From positions 512,001 through 576,000 of the forward strand of contig CAVUAK010000001.1 of assembly GCA_963739455.1 (NCBI GenBank): 64,000 nt of DNA, given 5' to 3'. Position numbers and translations under genes: made by a program. Every line of letters begins with the position of its first letter. The stretch's first letter is position 1. This document shows positions 38,751 through 49,526 of this stretch, in pieces. This DNA comes from an uncultured Gemmatimonadales bacterium (lineage in GTDB: Bacteria > Gemmatimonadota > Gemmatimonadetes > Gemmatimonadales > GWC2-71-9). The notes under the pieces are model-generated. The model saw only the letters and a list, made by a program, of their open reading frames with translations, made no database searches and was not told where the DNA came from.

Positions 38751-39890
38751 TTAGCGGCGCCCGCCGCTGCTGCTGGCCATCTTGCCGGACGGCGCCGAGC
38801 CAATTTCCTGGTCGTCGAGCGGCTTCTCACCGATCATGCGCAGGAACTCGTTCGGGTCCGGCGACACCCGGAGGCACTCTTCCTGAGCAACCTCCCGATT
38901 CATGTACAACTGGTACAGCGAGGCGTTCATCGTCTGCATGCCGAACTTCTGGCCGGCCTGCATGGCGGACTGGATCTGGTGCACCTTGTCGTCGCGGATC
39001 AGAGCCCGGATGGCAGGCGTCACCACCATGATCTCGGTGGCCATCACGCGACCACGCCCACGTGAGCGCGGCAACAGCGTCTGGGTCAGCACGCCCTCGA
39101 GCACGAACGCGAGCTGTGCGCGCACCTGGGACTGCTGGCTCGACGGGAAGACGTCGATGATACGATTGATCGACTCTGCCGCGGAGTTGGTGTGCAGGGT
39201 CGCGAGGGCAAGGTGGCCCGTCTCGGCGATCGTGAGCGCCGCGGACACCGTCTCGAGGTCGCGCATTTCTCCCACGAGGATAACGTCAGGGTCCTCGCGA
39301 AGGCAGTACTTGAGCGCCGACGAGAAGCTCTTCGTGTCCGTTCCCACCTCGCGCTGGTTGACGATGCAACTCTGGTGGCGGTGGATGAACTCGATCGGGT
39401 CCTCCACCGTGATGATGTGACCCTTCCGCTCCTTGTTGATCTTGTCGATGATCGCCGCGAGCGTGGTGGACTTGCCGGAGCCCGTGGGCCCGGTGACCAG
39501 GATGAGCCCGCGCGGGCGCTCCGCCAGCTTCGCCACCACCGGTGGCAGGCCGAGCTCGCCGAAGGTCCGGACGTTGAAGGGAATCATGCGGATGGCCACC
39601 GACACGCAGCCCCGCTGCTTGTAGACGTTCCCACGGAAGCGGGCCAGGTTCTGGATGCCGAAGGAGAAGTCGAGCTCGTCCTCGGTCTCGAACCGCTTCT
39701 TCTGGTTCTCCGTAAGCACCGAGTACGCCAGGGACAGCGTGTCCTTCGGGTTCATGATGTCGGCACACGAGTTGGCATTCGTGATGTCGCCATCGACGCG
39801 AAGCTTCGGCCGTTCACCCGCAGTCAGGTGGAGGTCCGAGGCTTCCCGCTCGATCATTTCCTCTAGGAGCACCCGGAGGTTGACACTCAT
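38751..39890 (-). CDS. pilT: Type IV pilus retraction ATPase PilT
   Basis: ASDLHL, GPTGSGKST, EDPIE, LREDPDVILVGEMRD, AIRALIRD. Confidence 0.95.
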   Translation of the reverse strand: MSVNLRVLLEEMIEREASDLHLTAGERPKLRVDGDITNANSCADIMNPKDTLSLAYSVLTENQKKRFETEDELDFSFGIQNLARFRGNVYKQRGCVSVAIRMIPFNVRTFGELGLPPVVAKLAERPRGLILVTGPTGSGKSTTLAAIIDKINKERKGHIITVEDPIEFIHRHQSCIVNQREVGTDTKSFSSALKYCLREDPDVILVGEMRDLETVSAALTIAETGHLALATLHTNSAAESINRIIDVFPSSQQSQVRAQLAFVLEGVLTQTLLPRSRGRGRVMATEIMVVTPAIRALIRDDKVHQIQSAMQAGQKFGMQTMNASLYQLYMNREVAQEECLRVSPDPNEFLRMIGEKPLDDQEIGSAPSGKMASSSGGRR

Positions 39891-41602
39891 GCTGCGGTCT
39901 CCTTCACGACTTCTTCGAGAGTAGTCACGCCCTTCGCGACCTTCACCATGCCGTCCATGCGCAGGGTCAGCATGCCTTCCGCCACCGCCGCGTCCCGGAG
40001 CTCCGTCGAGGCATCGCCCCGGAGGATCATCCGGCGCAGCGTGGCCGAGAGGTTCATCACCTCGTACAGGCCCGCCCGGCCCTTGTACCCCAGGCCGCCG
40101 CACGCATCGCAGCCCTTCCCCTTCATGAACGGAATCTTGCGATACTCAACAAGATCCGTGCCGATCGCGGCGAGCACATCGTCCGGATAGGTCGTCGGTT
40201 CCTTGCAGGACTTGCAGATCCGGCGCACGAGTCGCTGCGCCACCACCAGGTTGACGGCACTTGCAACGTTGAACGCTTCGAGCCCCATGTCAATCATACG
40301 GGTGATTGTGCTGGGCGCGTCATTCGTGTGCAGCGTCGACAGCACCAGGTGGCCGGTGAGCGCGGCCTTGATGGCGATGCTGCCGGTTTCCAGGTCCCGG
40401 ATTTCGCCGATCATGATGATGTTGGGGTCCTGTCGCAGGAACGCCTTGAGCGCCGCCGCGAAGGTGAGCCCGATTTCGTTGCGCACCAGGACCTGGTTGA
40501 TGCCCATCAGGTTGTACTCGACGGGATCTTCCGCGGTCATGATGTTCGTCTCGATGGTATTGATGCGCGACAGCGCCGAGTAGAGCGTCGTCGTCTTGCC
40601 GGAGCCCGTCGGGCCGGTGACCAGCACCATGCCGTACGGATTCAGGATTGCCTTGAGCAGGTCCGCCTCGGCCTTGGGCTCGAACCCGAACTTGCTCAGG
40701 TCGAGCGTCAGGTTGCCCTTGTCGAGGATTCGCATCACGATCTTCTCGCCGAACAGCACCGGAAGGGTCGAGACACGGAAGTCGATGACCCGGTTCCCCA
40801 TCTTGAGCTTGAGGCGGCCGTCCTGCGGCACGCGGCGCTCGGCAATGTTGAGCTGGGAGAGAATCTTGACACGGCTGGTAAGGGCCGCGCGCAGCTTGAG
40901 CGGTGGCTTCATCACCTCGACCAGCGCACCGTCGATACGGTAGCGCACCCGGATCTCGTGCTCGAACGGCTCGATGTGGATATCGCTGGCTCCGCGGCGC
41001 ACCGCGTCGGTCAGCAGGCCGTTGATCAGCTTCACGACCGGCGCGTCGTCGATCTGCTCGCGGGTGGCGACCTCGTCATCCCGCTCCTCGACGACCTCGA
41101 CATCCTCGTCCAGCCCCTCCATGTCCTTGAGGAGGTTCTGGAGCTGCTGCTCGTTGCCCGCGGACTCGTAGTGGCGCTCGATCAGGCTCCGGAGGGTGAC
41201 CTCGCCCGCAATGACGGGGAAGAGGTCGTACCGGGTGATGAACTTGAGGTCGTCCAGGAGGCCATGGTCGGACGGATCCGCCACCGCCACCGTGAGCGTG
41301 CGGCCCTCGCGCTTGAGCGGGAGGACAATGTGCTTGGCGGCGACTTCGCCGGGAATCAGCTTGAGGGTCCGGGGATCAACTTCGAACTTGGTCAGGTCGA
41401 CGGCGGGCATGCGGTAGTGGCGCGCGAGCAGCTTGGTCACCTCGATTTCGGGGACCATGCCCGACTTCGCCACCACGTAACTCAGGCGCAGGCGGGACGA
41501 CTTCGCCTCGGCGTTGGCCGCCGTCAGCTGCTCGCGAGTCAGCAGACCTTCCTGCAGAAGGAGGTCGCCGAGTGAGTTTCCGCCTACCGCCACAGACGCC
41601 AT
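39887..41602 (-). CDS. pilB: Type IV pilus assembly ATPase PilB
   Basis: GASDIHIEP, RRVPQDGR, GPTGSGKTTT, LRQDP, tetracysteine motif; start MASVAV. Confidence 0.95.
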   Translation of the reverse strand: MASVAVGGNSLGDLLLQEGLLTREQLTAANAEAKSSRLRLSYVVAKSGMVPEIEVTKLLARHYRMPAVDLTKFEVDPRTLKLIPGEVAAKHIVLPLKREGRTLTVAVADPSDHGLLDDLKFITRYDLFPVIAGEVTLRSLIERHYESAGNEQQLQNLLKDMEGLDEDVEVVEERDDEVATREQIDDAPVVKLINGLLTDAVRRGASDIHIEPFEHEIRVRYRIDGALVEVMKPPLKLRAALTSRVKILSQLNIAERRVPQDGRLKLKMGNRVIDFRVSTLPVLFGEKIVMRILDKGNLTLDLSKFGFEPKAEADLLKAILNPYGMVLVTGPTGSGKTTTLYSALSRINTIETNIMTAEDPVEYNLMGINQVLVRNEIGLTFAAALKAFLRQDPNIIMIGEIRDLETGSIAIKAALTGHLVLSTLHTNDAPSTITRMIDMGLEAFNVASAVNLVVAQRLVRRICKSCKEPTTYPDDVLAAIGTDLVEYRKIPFMKGKGCDACGGLGYKGRAGLYEVMNLSATLRRMILRGDASTELRDAAVAEGMLTLRMDGMVKVAKGVTTLEEVVKETAA

Positions 41603-41681
41603 GTCCACCGTACCTGACCGTAAGCCCAAGTGATTGCAATGCTTTGAGATACGCTGCGGAAACAGGGGCACTGAATCGCAC

Positions 41682-42331
41682 TCACTGCTGCCCGGCTGCC
41701 GTCCAGAGACCTTGAGCAAGCGCAAGGCTGATGCCGAGTACCCGGGCCAGGTCGGACGGGCTCCGGAACGGACCCGCGCTGTCACGAAAGGCGACGATCC
41801 GAGCCGCCCTCCGCTTCCCGATTCCGGAGATCCGTTCAAGGTCGGCCACTGATCCGCGGTTGATCACCTCGGTAGTGACTCGCTCCGCCGACGCGGTCGC
41901 GGGTCCCGGCGGCACCGGTCCCGGCGGTGCGACCGCCGGTCTCGGAGGTGAGGAGAAGGCAAGATTCGGTGCCATGCGCGCCAGCTTGGAGGGGCCGATC
42001 CCCGGCACGCGTGAAGCGCGGCGGTATCCCCGAAGGGTCCCGAACGGGAGCGTTCCTCGACGATGCGACGCGCGAGACCCGACCCAACTCCGGGCAGGCG
42101 CTGGAGTTCCTGGGCCGAGGCTCGATCCACATCGATTCGCTCACCGCGGGCCAGGGGCCGGGCAAGGCGCGCCAGACTGTCGCGTCGTGCGAGCGCGGCG
42201 GATGAACTCGAGGAGCCCAGCAGCCGGACGTCGCCGGGCGGTCGGCGGACATCGGACGCGACCATGCGCACCACGTGACCACCGAGTCCGAGGCCAAGGA
42301 GGAGCAGTACCGCGCGATGTTCAGGGGTCAT
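41682..42331 (-). CDS. comEA: ComEA-family DNA-binding protein with two HhH domains (apparent frameshift near 42010)
   Basis: IDVDRASAQELQRLPGVG..GPF, then PGIGP and INRGSVADLERISGIGKRRAARIV..GPF in the next frame. Confidence 0.75.
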
Positions 42332-42385
42332 CCTGCGAATGTCGGGTGCCGTTGCTGGAGGGCGGCACCCAAATAGCCGGAGTGG

Positions 42386-43325
42386 CTACTTTTTTCCGCC
42401 GGCCTCGAGACGGATCACCGCCATCATCACGTCCCCGACTGCCTGCAGGCTCTGTGCGCTCAGCTTGTCGGGCGTGTCGTCGATGCTGTGCCAGAGGCTG
42501 TTGTTGCTGCCGTAGGTGAAGTCGATCACGTCGATCGCGCGGATGCCCGCCTGCTGCAGCGGCAGGTGGTCGTCCACCATGGTCTGGCCCTGGTGTGGCA
42601 ATGAACACCTTCGAGTAGCCCGCAATCTTCGCGGCATCCCACACCCGCTCCACCACCTCCGGAGCTCCCAGCAGCGAGTTGCCTTCCTGGTAGATCTGCA
42701 GGTCCCGGTCGCCGACCATGTCGAGCAGGACGGCGAACAGCGGCTTCGGACCAGGCGCCTGGTTCTTCGCGTAGTATCGCGCGCCCAGCAGGGTCTCGGT
42801 CGAGTCCTCGAAGCTGCCGTAGTCCTCTCCATCGACGAAGAGGAGGTCGACACCGATCGCAGGAGGTGTCTTCTTCAGCGCGTCGGCCATCCCCAGGAGT
42901 ACTGCAACCCCCGAGGCACCGTCATTCGCTCCCGCGATGGGCTTCTTGCGGTCCGCGGAGTCGGCTGACCTCTCGGCGATCGGGCGGGTATCCCAGTGCG
43001 TCAGGAAGAGAATGCGATCGGGTGCAGACGGGTTGAACCGCATCATCACGTTGCGAAGCGAGAGCTTCTCACCCTTTGCGGTGAAGTTGACCCAGTCCTG
43101 GATGTAGACGGAGTCCGCTGTCGCATGGGCCAGTGAGTCGAGCCAGGCCGCCATCGCCGCGTGCCCGGGCATCCCCGGCACCCGCGGGCCGAAGGCCACC
43201 TGGGTTTCGACGTTGCGCATCGCCGCCGCGCCGTCGAACTCCCGGGGCGGCGCGGGACGCTGCGACTCGCATGCACCCAGGAAGACGAGCAGGGCCAGCA
43301 ACCCGGTCAGTCGGTACTGCGTCAT
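42386..43325 (-). CDS. Glutaminyl cyclase-like M28 lipoprotein (apparent frameshift near 42597)
   Basis: Lipobox LGAC; FGPRVPG, HWDTRP, GANDGASG, DGEDYG, LLDMVG, DDHLP and WH motifs of type II glutaminyl cyclases. Confidence 0.78.
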
Positions 43326-46300
43326 CGATAGTCCCCTGCAAAGAGCGACAGGTTGAGCGAAGCGACCAGGAACAGCTGGGAGTTCTTCCGGTCCAGGCTC
43401 CGGAAGTCGTTCACGGTATACCCGAGCTGAAGGCCCGCGGTCAGGGTGGAGATGATATCGGTATCGATACTGCCGCGATACTCCTGCCGCCGCGTGTCGT
43501 TGATGACCTGGCAATCCAGGCTGGCGGCCCGGAACAGGCACTGGGTGGCCTTGGACACGACTACGCTGAAGGATGAGCGTGCCAGCTTGCGCACCTTGCT
43601 CAATGCGCGCGGCAACGGGAACGCATAGGTCAGGCTGCCGTTCAGGTCGGCCTGGTCCAGCAGCGTCAGCGCCCCATTGCTGGCCGACTGCTGCTTGAGC
43701 AGGCTCAGGTTGGTGGCCAGCGCCGATGCCGTTGCGAAAGGTGATCCCGAGCTCGGGGGAGACGTTCCGCGACTGGTTGGACACGACCGACACGATGGTA
43801 TTGGTGACCGGCTGGGTGGTCGAGCCCTGTCGCTGCCGGATGGTGGCGCCGAACGACAGCAGTGCGAACGGACCCCGCGAGAAGGGATGGCTGAAGCGGA
43901 CCTGCCCGGACGGCCATTCCCTCTGGTAGATCACGGCGAGACGCTGCGCGCCGCCGATGGTCTGGTACCGGTCGGTGGCGATCTCGCTGTACAGGGCCGA
44001 GATGGTCAGGCCGAACCCGAAGTCGAGCCCGGTCGCCAGCTGGGTGGCCACCGTCTGCGTTGCGCCGAGAGACGGGTTTCCGTCCTGGGTCAGGAAGTTG
44101 GACAGGCCACCAAGTCCCAGGATGTAGCCGAGGGATGGCTGGAAGACCGCGAGGTCATAGGTCGACGTACGCGTCGTGCGGCGAGTCACGTCGAGCGGCC
44201 GGAAGCGGCGGATCACGTTGCCCACGCCCGAGGAATCGCCCAGGATCTGCCGGATTCCACGGGCATAGTCGATCGAGAATCCCCACTCATAGGCGCGCAG
44301 GTTGGAGAAGGTCTGCGGCAGGATGAAGGCGCCGGAGTCGCCGTCTGCCCGCACGAGCTGGCGGCTGTTGAGGTAGCGGCTGAGCACGAAGTTGCTGGTG
44401 GTCCCGAATCTCGGCCGGAACCAGGAGGCGATCCTGGGCGCGATGAGCAGGCTGGTGGCCGAGGTCCGGTCGCGCTCCACGCCGACGTCGACGCCGAGGA
44501 GATCCTGGCGCTCGGCCGTGGCCAGTCGCGCCTGCGGCAGTCGAGTCGCCGTACTGGCGCAGGTCGCGCGAGCTGGCCACGTCGGCGGTGAAGGTCAGCA
44601 TGCCGAGCGGCTGCCAGGTAAGGCCGGCCGAATTCCGCCACACGTAGTTGAGGGCCAGTGCGGGCGCCACCGACGCGTCGATGGGGCGCTCGACCGGCGA
44701 AACGTACGAGTAGAAGTAGGTCTGGTCGCGGGCCAGCCCGCTTCGCAGGCGAAGACTTGTCGGAAGGAGCGTATACGACGCCGTCTTGAGGCTGTTGCCG
44801 AAGTCGCTCTCCCGCATCCAGGTGGGGAGGCTGTTGACCAGGTTGTTCAGGTGGATCGGCGTGCCGCGGCGGCGTGACGGCGATGGTGTAGTTCAGGGCC
44901 GCGTTGTAGTTGTCCGTCGTCGTCCGGGAGAGCTCCGTCTGCCCTCGCCCGCGCACGTAGCCGCCGGTGAACGCCAGCGGATCGGCGAGCATGCGCATCA
45001 GCGGACGTGCTGCCGCGAGCCGAGCGCCGCACCAGCAGGCTGATGCTGCCGGTATTGGTGTTCGGCTTGCGCAGGCCCGGCAGGGCATCCGCGATGATGT
45101 CGCTGCCCGTGAGCAGCTGCGGGTCCACCTTCGTCGCGGCGTAGGTCAGGTTGACGGGAATGAGCAGGCCCACCGACGTCGGCAGGAAGCGATCGACGCG
45201 GATATTGCCCGACGTCACCAGCCCGCCGGTGGTACGGAAGCTTGGCTGGGCTCCGAGCTGGCGGAATTGCCCGTTGACGCTGGACATGAGGAAGGTGAAG
45301 TCGAATACGTCACCGGCCGCGAGCCGGGCGTCGAGTGCCCATGCCGTGCCCATGGTGGTGATCGGTTCCGAGAGCCGTACGTCGTCCACCCAGAGCTCCG
45401 TCGAGTCCGACACACCGGCCGCGACACGGATGATGCCGGTCGGACAGGCCCTGCGCCGCCGCAAGGTTGGGTGGATTCACGTTCGGGCTGAGGATGTGCA
45501 CGATGTACCCGCCCTGGCAGGCGACATACGCGAGGGGATCGCCACCGCACACATCCGCCCCTGATGGCGGCAGACCCTGTTCCACCTGCGACTCGATCTG
45601 GGCCCGGAGGTTGGCCCAGATCTGCAGGTCGACGGTCACCTCGGGGTTCCACGCCTCTTCCTCGCCGATGCTGTGCAGCGGTGTCTGGTACATGTAGAAG
45701 TTGTCGGCGTCGCTTTCCACCTTGATGTAGCCAAGCAGTCCGCCGGTGTCCCAGTCCGGCAGGTTGTGGCCACCGCGCATCCACACCCGCAGTTCGCCGA
45801 TACGACAGGAACCGCTGGTTGCCGGCCGGAAACCGGAAGTAGGCCTCCGCGCGCGTCCCCTGGGTCAGTTGCCGGGCGACGATTCGAAGCGACTTCTCGT
45901 CGATCTGGGCCCCGTTGTTCTTGGCGCCAGCGTTGGGATCCTGCAGGCCCACGATGACGCCGGGCGGCGGCACGTACCCGAGGTTCTTGTCGAGCGTCGA
46001 GACCACGGACACCACCACGCTGCCGGTGGGCTCGGCCGTCGAGCCGGCGATGCCCGCGATCGGCGCCGGTGCGCGCGCGAGCCAGGGTGCGCCGACGAAC
46101 GTCAGGCGCGAGAGGGCCAGGCGCGCCACGATGTCGTCGAGCGCCGGTGGCGCCACGAGCGTGATGCGAAGGGCCTGGACCAGCCGGATGTTCGGCGTGC
46201 CGATCACCGCGGTGGGCGTGCGCAGCGGAACGCGGTACAGGGTCCAGCCCGCGCCGGTGACCGGGTCCGTGACGCCCTTTCGCACCACGTACTGCGTGTC

Positions 46301-49300
46301 GGTCAGGCTGACCACGTACCGGTTGACGTTGTCATTGGGCCCCTGGGCATTGAGGATGTTGTCGCCGTTCAGGTCCTCCGTGTCGAGGAAGCCGTTGCCG
46401 CGCGTGCAGCGCGCGCTGAGGTCACCCCAGGGAAAGACCTGCACCGAGGTGCCGAGCACCGTCTGGCACAGCGGAAAGGCAGGGTCGATGTCCAGGTTGG
46501 GCAGCACCATCGGCGGGATATCGCCGAGGATGCCGATGTCGTCGTCCTGTGCGTTGAAGATGCCGTTCGACTGTCGCTCCGTGTTGAGCACGCCCGACGC
46601 CCACGTACTGGCGCCCCACGTAGGTGGAGTCGTTGCCCTCCACCCTGAGCGTGTCCGGTGCCACGCCCACCGCGTCCTCGCTGACCTGGCCCAGGTCGAA
46701 CACGAGGTTGACCCCGGCATTCTCCGCGCTCTTCGCGGCGTCGTTGTACAGCCAGAACTCGATGTAGGTGTTGGACGTGAAGTCGACGCCAACGGTGCTG
46801 AGGGCGGTCTGCATCGAGCGCCATCGCGGTGTGTTGGGGCGCGGTGGCTGGGTCCACTGTGACTTGTTGTTCTGCTGGACGACGCCGCCGGCGGTGTCGG
46901 CGTGCAGCGTCAGGTACATCACCGTCTCCGGTACCTGGGAGCGGCCCGCCGTCACGATGTTCGGGTCGATGTTCTCGGGAAAGAACTGCACGACGCCGCC
47001 GTCGGGCCCCGGAATCAGGTTCTGCCAGATCATCTGCACGGCGTCTGCCGTGTCGAACGTGGCGCCGAACCCGAGAGTCGGGTCAAGGCCGGCGGTGGAC
47101 TGCGGCACGCTGCCGTATTGCCACACGGCCGCGCCCAGGCTGACCGCCGTTCCCGATACGCCCTCGAATTCCTGGAGGTACGCCTGCCCGGTGCGGTTCG
47201 GGTCCGGGCGCGTGAGGGCAAACTCCCCGTTGATGTCGAGGAACGCCTCCGACGACCCGTTGCGGTTGGTGATGGAGCTGACCAGGCGGCTCAGCGCCGT
47301 GGGCCTGAAGTGCAGGTCGGTGTTGACGCCGGCCACAAGGTTGGCGCTGGCCTCGAAGCCCAGTGCCGGGCGCGCGAACGCCGAGCTCTCGCGCTGGTAG
47401 ATGCCGACGAAGTTGACGCCGCCGGTCCGGCCGAGGTCATAGTGCGTGGTGAGGCCGAAGATCGACGTCGGCGCCACGGCGAAGATGCCGCGCTCCTCGA
47501 ACTGCGCCGTGATCTGCGCCACCCCGCTGCCGAAGAGCGCCTCGGGATTGAGGAACGTGATCAACCCGGTTTCGTAGGCGATGGTGTAGTCGGTGCCGCG
47601 AAGCAGCAGCCGGCCGCTGAGGTAGAGTTTTTCCGAGCCCTCGAGGATCTGCAGCGCGTTCAGGTTGAGGGAGGAGCGGTCGCCGGCGCCGCTGGAGTTG
47701 TATCGCAGCCGGAACAGGAACTTGGTCGGCGGACCCTGCGAGAAGAGCAGGTACACTGGCGTCTGGTACAGCGAGTCGGTGAGTTCCGTCGGTCCCAGCA
47801 CGGCCGGGTTCGCGAACGGCTTGATGTTGGGAAACGCCAGGAACGATTCGTGAATGAGCAGGTCGGCCCCGGGGTCGCGCGCCCGCGGGAAGAGCCGGTT
47901 TTCCCAGTCGAAGGTGTTCTCGTCCGTGGGAATCGACAGGCCGAGTGCACTCAGGTACGTGGTGAAGCTCGACGGCGGGAGCGGCCGCTCCGAGCGGTTC
48001 ACCGAGAGGTCCACCTTGAGCGACGTCGGGTCGAGGTCCTGGCCGGCCACGCGGTAGAACTGCCGCATCTCGTGATGGAACGACGGCTGGTCGCTGCCCA
48101 CCAGCGGCTCGACCAGCATCCGGAGCGTGTCGACGGAGGCGCAGGTCGTGCCGGCTCCCGGCTTCGGCTGGCCGGGGAAGCTGCCGACGAACGTGCCGTC
48201 TTCCGTGACGTAGCTGATGGCGATGTAGTCGGCCCGGAGGTCCACCCGCTGGGACATGGCGATCCAGAGACCCGAGGGATCGGTGTAGTAGTCGGCGCCG
48301 AGCACCAGCAGCTGCCACGGCACCGGGCCGAAGGTCTTCCCCGCTGCTCCCTGGAAGGCGCAGGCCGGAATGCCACCGAGGTTCGGGTCCACGCCTCCCG
48401 TCAGCTGCGGCACGCGGTACCGGTACACGCGGAGCTGCGCCGGCCGGACGCTGGGTGACACCGTCAGCGTGTCGAGGCTCAGGGCATCGATGGCGGGATA
48501 GTGCGGCAGCGTGCGCGGATCGACCGTCCAGTAGAAGCGCCCGAACTCGAAGTCGAGGTCGCGCTGGCTGCGATCCTGCGGCGTCGCGACGGCCTGCCCG
48601 ATGGTGAAGGTCCGCTCGGCGATGGCACTGCCCTTCTGCGTCGCGGCCAGCACCTGCATCTGCAGTTGCCCGACCTCGAAGAGGGCGTTGACGCCGAAGT
48701 TGTTCGTGGGAATGGAAGCGGTGAGATAGCGCGAGGAAGGAGGCCGGAACACGACGGTGCCGACCTCGACGCGTCGGATCGGCTCGTCCTCGAGTCCCTC
48801 GTAGTACACCTGGATAATGTTACTATTCGTGAAGTCGCGCTGCGTGTCCCAGTCGACGTTGACACGAAGCCGCCGCCCGATCACGCCGCCGGAACGGATG
48901 GTCATCTGGTTGTCGAGCCGCGGCCCGTTGATGTCGCCGCGACAACCACTGGATGGATCACTGAGCGATGCCGGCGTGCATCGCAGGTTCTTGAGCCGGT
49001 CGGCGCGCAGCTCGAGCCGGATGTTTCCGTCGAGCGTCAGGTCCACGAGGTTGCGGTTGATCCCGAAGAGGCCCTTCCTCTGCAGCGCCGCCTCGGCCGA
49101 GTCAGCTGCCTCCTGACTCCCACCGTACAGGCTGATGAGCACCTGGTTGCTTGTCCTGGCCCCCTGGGAGGAATCGACGGCGGCGTTGAGGCTCGACTGC
49201 CATGCGTTCGCCGTGGCGCCAGGAAGCGGTCGTGGACCAAGGGCCCAGGGCTGCTGATACTGGGCCGGCGTTCGCAGCACGAGCGGTGGCGCTCCGAGCT

Positions 49301-49424
49301 TGGCGCTCACCCCGACCCCGGCCACCAGCGTCGTGTCGGCGGGCGGTGCAAGGGAATCGGCTTGCGCGGCAGCCAGGGCTGGACTGAGGGCGAGGACGCC
49401 AAGAGCCAGGAGAAGGCGCGTCAC
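43322..49424 (-). CDS. sprA: SprA/Sov-like T9SS outer-membrane translocon, about 2000 aa (several apparent frameshifts)
   Basis: VDWDTQRDF..YEGLEDEPIRRVEVG, EGSEKLYLSG..GTDYTIAYETG, YIEFW..FDLGQVSEDA, DTEDLNGD, WTLYRVPL, ELWVDDVRL; ends in beta-barrel strands. Confidence 0.8.
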
Positions 49425-49526
49425 GCTCAGGAGGCCGCTGCGATCGTCATAAGTGGTTTGGATTCCAGAAGATAACTCCCGGTCACGGGCCCATCAACCA
49501 AGCCAGGAGCCCTCCCAGACACCCCC

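Noticed and set aside
41603..41681. Sigma-54 promoter upstream of pilB
   Set aside because: No TGGCAC-N5-TTGC-like element found by eye
42321..44480. 719-aa SprA-peptidase fusion ORF
   Set aside because: Artefact of indels; SprA has its own stop at 43322 and the cyclase has its own start and lipobox
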